Source of the DNA: Roseibacillus sp. | Lineage (GTDB): Bacteria > Verrucomicrobiota > Verrucomicrobiia > Verrucomicrobiales > Akkermansiaceae | NCBI GenBank assembly: GCA_051251855.1 | Contig: JBPOGI010000007.1 | Span: 256,001 to 320,000, forward strand | Reading direction: 5' to 3' | DNA: 64,000 nt | The notes under the pieces: model-generated | What the model saw: the letters and a program-made list of their open reading frames with translations, nothing else | What the model was told of the DNA's origin: nothing | Database searches by the model: none | Shown here: in pieces, positions 58,883-64,000 of the stretch | How the letters are laid out: each line of letters opens with the position of its first letter | Numbering within the stretch: the first letter of the stretch is position 1 | Translations under genes and position numbers: made by a program

Positions 58883-61033
58883 ATGCCTGCCGAAAACCAC
58901 TCTCAAATCGCCAACTTCATCTGGGGAATCTGCAACCTCCTTCGCGGCCCCTACAAGCGCAACGAATACCGCAAAGTCATTCTCCCTCTCACCGTCCTCA
59001 AGCGCTTTGATGCCATTCTTGCTCCCACCAAGAAGGCCACCATCGCCGAGCACTCCACTCTCAAGGGCAAAGGCGAATCCATCATCCGTGCCAAACTCAC
59101 CCGCGTCACCGGAGCCCAATTCTACAACCTCTCGCCGCTGCACTTCTGCCTACCCGGCGCGACCGACGCCGAGGGCAACCGCCTGCCCTCTCTTCTCGAC
59201 GACCCCAACCAACTCGCCCCCAATCTCAACAGCTACATCAACTCCTTCTCTCCCAATGTCCGGGCCATTATGGACAAGTTCTCCTTGGACCAACAAATCT
59301 CCAAGATGGCCGAGAAGAACCTCCTCTACGAAGTGGTCAAAGCCTTCTGCAAGCCCGACCTCGACCTCTCCCCCGAAGCCGTCGACAACACCCAGATGGG
59401 ATACGTCTTCGAAGAGCTCATTCGCATTGGCGCGGAGCAATCCAATGAGGAAGCCGGAGAGCACTTCACCCCGCGCGAGGTGATCCGCCTCATGGTCGAC
59501 CTCCTTCTCTCTCCCGAGAAAGACCTCACCCAAGGCCATATCGTCAAGACCATCTACGACCCTGCCTGCGGAACGGGCGGCATGCTCTCCGTCGCCGAAG
59601 CCTACCTCAAGGAACTCAACGAAGAATCCAACCCCCACCTTTTTGGACAAGACTGGAACGACGAAGCCTGGGCCGTCTGCAAGTCCGACATGCTCATTAA
59701 GGGCGAAAACGCCGAGAACATTCATCAGGGCGACACCTTCACTGCCGACGCTTTCGATCGTGATGCCGAAGAGAACAAAATCACCTTCGACTACATGCTC
59801 GCCAACCCGCCCTTTGGCGTCGATTGGAAGCAACAGTTCAAATACATTGACGCCGAAAAAGAAAGCCTCGGCTATGAAGGCCGCTTCGGTGCCGGTCTTC
59901 CTCGCAAAAACGACGGCGCCCTCCTCTTTCTCCAGCACATGCTCGCCAAGATGCGCTCCCCGCGCGATGGCGGCAGTCGTCTCGCCATCGTCTTCAATGG
60001 CTCTCCCCTCTTCACCGGTGATGCCGGCAGTGGCGAATCCAACATCCGGCAATGGATCATCGAGAACGACTGGCTCGAAGCCATCGTCGCCCTCCCGGAA
60101 CAGCTCTTCTACAACACCGGAATCTCGACCTACGTCTGGGTCCTCTCCAACCGTAAAGAAACGCGCCGGAAAGGCAAAATCCAACTCATCGACGGGCGCA
60201 ACTTCTGGGTCCCTATGAAGAAAAGCCTCGGTAACAAGCGCCGCAAAATTGGCGACCCCAAAGACAACGAGCGCGACCCCGATCACATCGGAGACCTCAG
60301 CCAAATTCATGGCAACTTCATCCACGATGAATCTCGTAAGTTCATCATCGACGAGAAAGAGAAGGAACTCATCGTTTCCAAAGTCTTCGACAACGACGAC
60401 TTCGGCTTTCACAAAATCACCGTCGAGCGCCCCCTTCGCCTCAACTTCCAAGCCAGTGCCGAACGCATCGCCCGCCTCGAAGAGCAGGCCGCCTTCCTCA
60501 ACCTCACCACTTCCAAGAAGAAGAACGAAGCTATTCGCCTGAAAGAAATTGAACTGGGCAAAGAACGCCAAGAGACCATCCGCAAGCTGTTAGAAACTTT
60601 CCGCACCGCGACCGAGGAGCAACTCTTCCAAGATCGCAAAGAGTTTCTCGCCACCCTCAAGCCCCTCGACCGCGAAGGCGGGGTCCGCCTCACCGCCCCC
60701 GAACTGAAAGCGGTCCTTGCCGCCCTCAGCGAACGCGACGAAAGCGCACAAATCTGCCTCAAGCCCAACGGCGACCCCGAGCCCGACGCCGACCTCCGCG
60801 ACACCGAAACCGTCCCTCTCAAGGAAAGCATCACCGAATACTTCGAGCGTGAAGTCCTCCCCCACGCGCCCGACGCTTGGATTGATGAAAGCAAAACCAA
60901 GGTTGGCTACGAAATTCCACTCAACCGCCACTTCTACGTCTACGAGCCACCCCGCCCTCTTGCAGACATCGAAAGCGACCTCAAAGGGCTCGAATCCGAT
61001 ATTGTGGAACTACTGCAAGACCTCACCGCATGA
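58883..61033 (+). CDS. hsdM: Type I restriction-modification methyltransferase subunit
   Basis: VILPLTVLKRFD, AGEHFTPREV, YDPACGTGGML, NPPF, LFYNTGI, GYEIPLNRHFY. Confidence 0.95.
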   Translation: MPAENHSQIANFIWGICNLLRGPYKRNEYRKVILPLTVLKRFDAILAPTKKATIAEHSTLKGKGESIIRAKLTRVTGAQFYNLSPLHFCLPGATDAEGNRLPSLLDDPNQLAPNLNSYINSFSPNVRAIMDKFSLDQQISKMAEKNLLYEVVKAFCKPDLDLSPEAVDNTQMGYVFEELIRIGAEQSNEEAGEHFTPREVIRLMVDLLLSPEKDLTQGHIVKTIYDPACGTGGMLSVAEAYLKELNEESNPHLFGQDWNDEAWAVCKSDMLIKGENAENIHQGDTFTADAFDRDAEENKITFDYMLANPPFGVDWKQQFKYIDAEKESLGYEGRFGAGLPRKNDGALLFLQHMLAKMRSPRDGGSRLAIVFNGSPLFTGDAGSGESNIRQWIIENDWLEAIVALPEQLFYNTGISTYVWVLSNRKETRRKGKIQLIDGRNFWVPMKKSLGNKRRKIGDPKDNERDPDHIGDLSQIHGNFIHDESRKFIIDEKEKELIVSKVFDNDDFGFHKITVERPLRLNFQASAERIARLEEQAAFLNLTTSKKKNEAIRLKEIELGKERQETIRKLLETFRTATEEQLFQDRKEFLATLKPLDREGGVRLTAPELKAVLAALSERDESAQICLKPNGDPEPDADLRDTETVPLKESITEYFEREVLPHAPDAWIDESKTKVGYEIPLNRHFYVYEPPRPLADIESDLKGLESDIVELLQDLTA

Positions 61034-62370
61034 AGCCATATCCAAAGTTTAAGAACAGCGGGGTTGAGTGGATGGGGAGGGTTCCTGTTCATTGGGAAGC
61101 GCTGCCATTAAAGTGGTGTGTTTCTACTCCAGTCACTGACGGACCTCACGAAACTCCGGAGTTTATTCCGGCAGGGGTTCCATTTGTGTCCGCAGAAGCG
61201 ATTCAAAACAGTAAAATCAATTTCAAAAAAATTCGAGGCTACATCTCCGAAGAAGATGACTCTCGATTTAGTAAAAAATACTCACCAATGCTCCATGACA
61301 TTTACATGGTTAAATCTGGAGCAACGACTGGTCGTGTGGCGATGGTCGAGACCACTGATCATTTTAACATTTGGTCGCCACTTGCTGCGATTCGCTGCGA
61401 CAAGGGCCTGATTTCTCCAAAATTCATGTTTCACTATCTTCATTCGAGTGAGTTTCAAACGGCCGTAGAACTTCACTGGAGTTTCGGAACTCAACAGAAT
61501 ATTGGGATGGGTGTTATCGAAAACATACACGTCCCCCTTCCCCCGCTCCCCGAACAAGAAGCCATTGCCAAATTCCTCGACGAACGCACGGCCAAAATCG
61601 ATACCCTCATCGCAAAAAAGCGCACCCTCATCGCCACCCTCAAAGAAAAACGATCCGCCCTCATCTCCCACACCGTCACCCGAGGCCTCGACCCCACCGC
61701 CACCCTCAAACCCTCCGGGGTCGATTGGCTTGGTGAGGTTCCTAAGCATTGGAAGGTTAAGCATCTGGATCATCTTGTCACAGTTAAGGCTCGGCTTGGT
61801 TGGAAAGGATTAACGGCATCGGAATATGTCGATAAAGGAGCCATCTTTTTGTCAACGCCCAACATAAAAGGACAGGGGAAGATCGATTTTAAGAATGTAA
61901 ACTTCATCACAAAAGAGCGTTACTTAGAATCCCCTGAAATCATGCTGCAAAAGGGAGATGTTCTTTTAGCAAAAGATGGTTCCACTCTCGGCATAACTAA
62001 TTTTGTGAGAGAACTTCCTGCGCCTGCAACTGTAAATAGCTCTATTGCCGTCCTTCGCTCTAACAAAATCAACAGCCCATTCCTATGGAGATGGCTAACC
62101 TCAGAATACATTCAAAATATAATCCAGAGTAAGAAAGACGGACAGGGTGTGCCCCACCTTTTCCAAGCAGACATTCGAAAATTTACCGTCCTCCTGCCTC
62201 CACTTTCTGAACAAACCGCCATCGCCGAGTATCTCGATCAACAGACCGACAAAATCGACAAGCTCACTGCTAAAGTCCAAACCGCCCTCGACACCCTCGC
62301 CGAATACCGCCGAGCTCTCATCACAGCCGCCGTCACCGGAAAAATCGACGTCCGCGAAGAAATGTCTTAG
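61030..62370 (+). CDS. hsdS: Type I restriction-modification specificity subunit
   Basis: Two SGVxWxGxVPxHW / TRD / LPPLxEQxAI halves; ALITAAVTGKIDVR; ATGA overlap with hsdM. Confidence 0.95.
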   Translation: MKPYPKFKNSGVEWMGRVPVHWEALPLKWCVSTPVTDGPHETPEFIPAGVPFVSAEAIQNSKINFKKIRGYISEEDDSRFSKKYSPMLHDIYMVKSGATTGRVAMVETTDHFNIWSPLAAIRCDKGLISPKFMFHYLHSSEFQTAVELHWSFGTQQNIGMGVIENIHVPLPPLPEQEAIAKFLDERTAKIDTLIAKKRTLIATLKEKRSALISHTVTRGLDPTATLKPSGVDWLGEVPKHWKVKHLDHLVTVKARLGWKGLTASEYVDKGAIFLSTPNIKGQGKIDFKNVNFITKERYLESPEIMLQKGDVLLAKDGSTLGITNFVRELPAPATVNSSIAVLRSNKINSPFLWRWLTSEYIQNIIQSKKDGQGVPHLFQADIRKFTVLLPPLSEQTAIAEYLDQQTDKIDKLTAKVQTALDTLAEYRRALITAAVTGKIDVREEMS

Positions 62371-62444
62371 CCCTTCATCAAGATGGTCCTCCCAGCGGGT
62401 TGTATACTGGCGCGCATCACTTTTTGTGAAAGGTGGATTTCAGA

Positions 62445-62940
62445 GAACCCTGAAAGGGTGACCTATGACAGCCTAGGGCAAGCGGAGCGACGCCCTAGGT
62501 TGGAAGCAACCGCAATTTTGGTTGAGCAAGAGACTTCTTTGTTCATCAACGGGCCCGAAGACCATTGTGCAAGCGGGTTAACGGGCGAAGCCGGGCGCTG
62601 TTATACCGAGCCTTCAGCCTCCACGGCTCAGAGACCTCCCACCTAGGGCGTTGCCCTAGGCTTCCCTATTTCAGGGCTTTGCCCTTCTCGAACCCTGAAA
62701 GGGTGACCTATGACAGCCTAGGGCAAGCGGAGCGGCGCCCTAGGTTGGAAGCAACCGCAATCTTGGTCGAGCAAGAGGCTTCTTTGTTCATCAACATGCC
62801 CGAAGACCATTGTGCAAGCGGGTTAACGGGCGAAGCCGTGAGCTGTTAGACCGGGCCTTCAGCCCTCCACGGCTCAGAGACCTCCCACCTAGGGCGTTGC
62901 CCTAGGCTTCCCTATTTCAGGGCTTTGCCCTTCTCGAACC
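62445..62940. repeat. Two near-identical tandem 245-nt REPIN/MITE-like units
   Basis: Units start at 62445 and 62690. Each has CCCTGAAAGGG..AGCCTAGGGCAA..CGCCCTAGG at the left and inverted CCTAGGGCGTTGCCCTAGGCT..TTCAGGG at the right. Confidence 0.9.
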
Positions 62941-63046
62941 TCTGAAACATCTCATCCCCATACTCAACCCCAAATCACAATTTGTGATGCGCGGCAGTAT
63001 AGCCGAAAGTTAAAGTCGACTTCGGAACGCCCCTCACACAACCAGA

Positions 63047-63327
63047 GTGCTGGAGGCACGGCCAGATGGTAGCCGGGGTGCAAGCGACGAAGGAGCGCAG
63101 CCCCCGGATCCCACCCCTAGAAATATCTGGCTGAGCGTGGGATGCGGAAGTTCTCACCTCATCCCGAAGCCCATTATCGAGCTTCTTCTCAGGAAGACGG
63201 CCTCCGAGTGACTCACTTGCTTTCGATGCTGCTTAAATCTCTGCGAGAAGCCCTTCGAATACTCGCCATCACCGGCTTGTTAATTCGAACCCTCAACAAC
63301 GGAACCCCGGATTCCATCCGGGGCTAC
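63047..63327. repeat. Further REP-like palindromes
   Basis: GTGCTGGAGGCAC..GTAGCCGGGG..CCCCCGG (63047-63108) and minus-strand GTAGCCCCGGATGGAATCCGGGG (63327-63305), a GTAG-type REP architecture. Confidence 0.6.
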
Positions 63328-63493
63328 CTTCTCGTCGTGCCTCCAGCACTTTTGGGATCACACGGGCCGTCCTGCCGTCTGAATCCCATTTTTTTAGCCA
63401 CCTCATTTCCAGACCTCGACGGCATCGCCAAATGGCTCAAATATCGCGCCTACGAGCTCGGAGGAGCGGTCTAGAAACGATCACACACCATTA

Positions 63494-63582
63494 CACACCT
63501 TTTTTGGTGTAACATGGTGTCTCGTCTCTCTTTCCGCTTGCCATCCCCGCATCACACACCACCATACACCAATCTAAGTGTA
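63494..63582 (+). promoter_or_regulatory. Two operator-like palindromes YACAC-N8-GTGTA
   Basis: CACAC-N8-GTGTA at 63494-63511 and TACAC-N8-GTGTA at 63565-63582; the second overlaps a TATTAT box just before ATG 63591. Confidence 0.6.
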
Positions 63583-63590
63583 TTATTAAA

Positions 63591-64000
63591 ATGGAATCCT
63601 CGCCCCCTCTCACTCAAAACCTCTGGGAACGCTTTGGATTTCGAGGAAACCCCTTTGACACCAACCCCTTACCCCTGGACTACGGCTCCGGACTCACCGT
63701 CATCAACGCCTACATTGAGCGTTCCGGCAAATTCCCACCCGGTGCCCTCCTCCAGAACGTGCTCAAAAACCCGGGCGGCGGTCGCCTCGTGGTCGAGGGA
63801 GAACCTGGGGTTGGCAAGACCACCTTCGTCAATTACCACCGCTACCAATGGGAACACCTCGGCAGTCCCGGTCTGCTCTCACCCACTACCGAAATCTCGG
63901 TGACCCGAGGCTGGACCACCCGCACCTTTCTCATCTCTCTCCTCAGCGCACTGAACGCCCGCATCCGGCTCGAATTACCCCAGGACAAACCTGACCCCTT
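63591..64000 (+). CDS. P-loop ATPase (AAA+/STAND-like N-terminus), truncated by the window edge; not in the ORF track
   Basis: MESSPPLTQNLWERFGFRGNPFDTNPL...RLVVEGEPGVGKTTFVNY with Walker A; frame open to 64000. Confidence 0.85.
   Translation, partial: MESSPPLTQNLWERFGFRGNPFDTNPLPLDYGSGLTVINAYIERSGKFPPGALLQNVLKNPGGGRLVVEGEPGVGKTTFVNYHRYQWEHLGSPGLLSPTTEISVTRGWTTRTFLISLLSALNARIRLELPQDKPDP

Noticed and set aside
62445..62940. Possible CRISPR array
   Set aside because: Only two long units with conserved interiors, no unique spacers and no cas genes.
63142..63474. 110-aa ORF before the ATPase
   Set aside because: It spans REP-like palindromes and shows no recognisable motif; at most the last ~25 codons are a gene remnant.
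63514..63903. 129-aa ORF in the track
   Set aside because: Wrong frame; the Walker A-containing frame starts at 63591.

Overview
A 64-kb chromosomal segment, most likely from a verrucomicrobium (inferred from PEP-CTERM proteins, sulfatases, DUF1800/DUF1501, a planctomycete-type cytochrome c protein and TGTTC-N4-GAACA-type LexA boxes). It opens with the 5' part of a giant repetitive surface protein on the minus strand that is missing from the ORF track because it runs off the window. Next come a deiodinase-like gene split by an in-frame TGA (probable selenocysteine) and a PD-(D/E)XK nuclease with an apparent signal peptide. The middle holds housekeeping genes (DEAD-box helicase, ppdK, panB, lexA, phoH, fabF, exbB/exbD-like, Hsp20, pfkA, dacB), glycan-degrading genes (two sulfatases, GH2, GH95) and a variable PEP-CTERM region with pseudogene scars. 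Later there is a tandem pair of type II NADH dehydrogenases that differ at the coenzyme-specificity residue. The window ends in a type I R-M locus (hsdM-hsdS) followed by REP-like repeats and a truncated P-loop ATPase preceded by two operator-like palindromes. I saw no rRNA, tRNA, CRISPR array or transposase. All family assignments come from motifs read by eye, not database searches.
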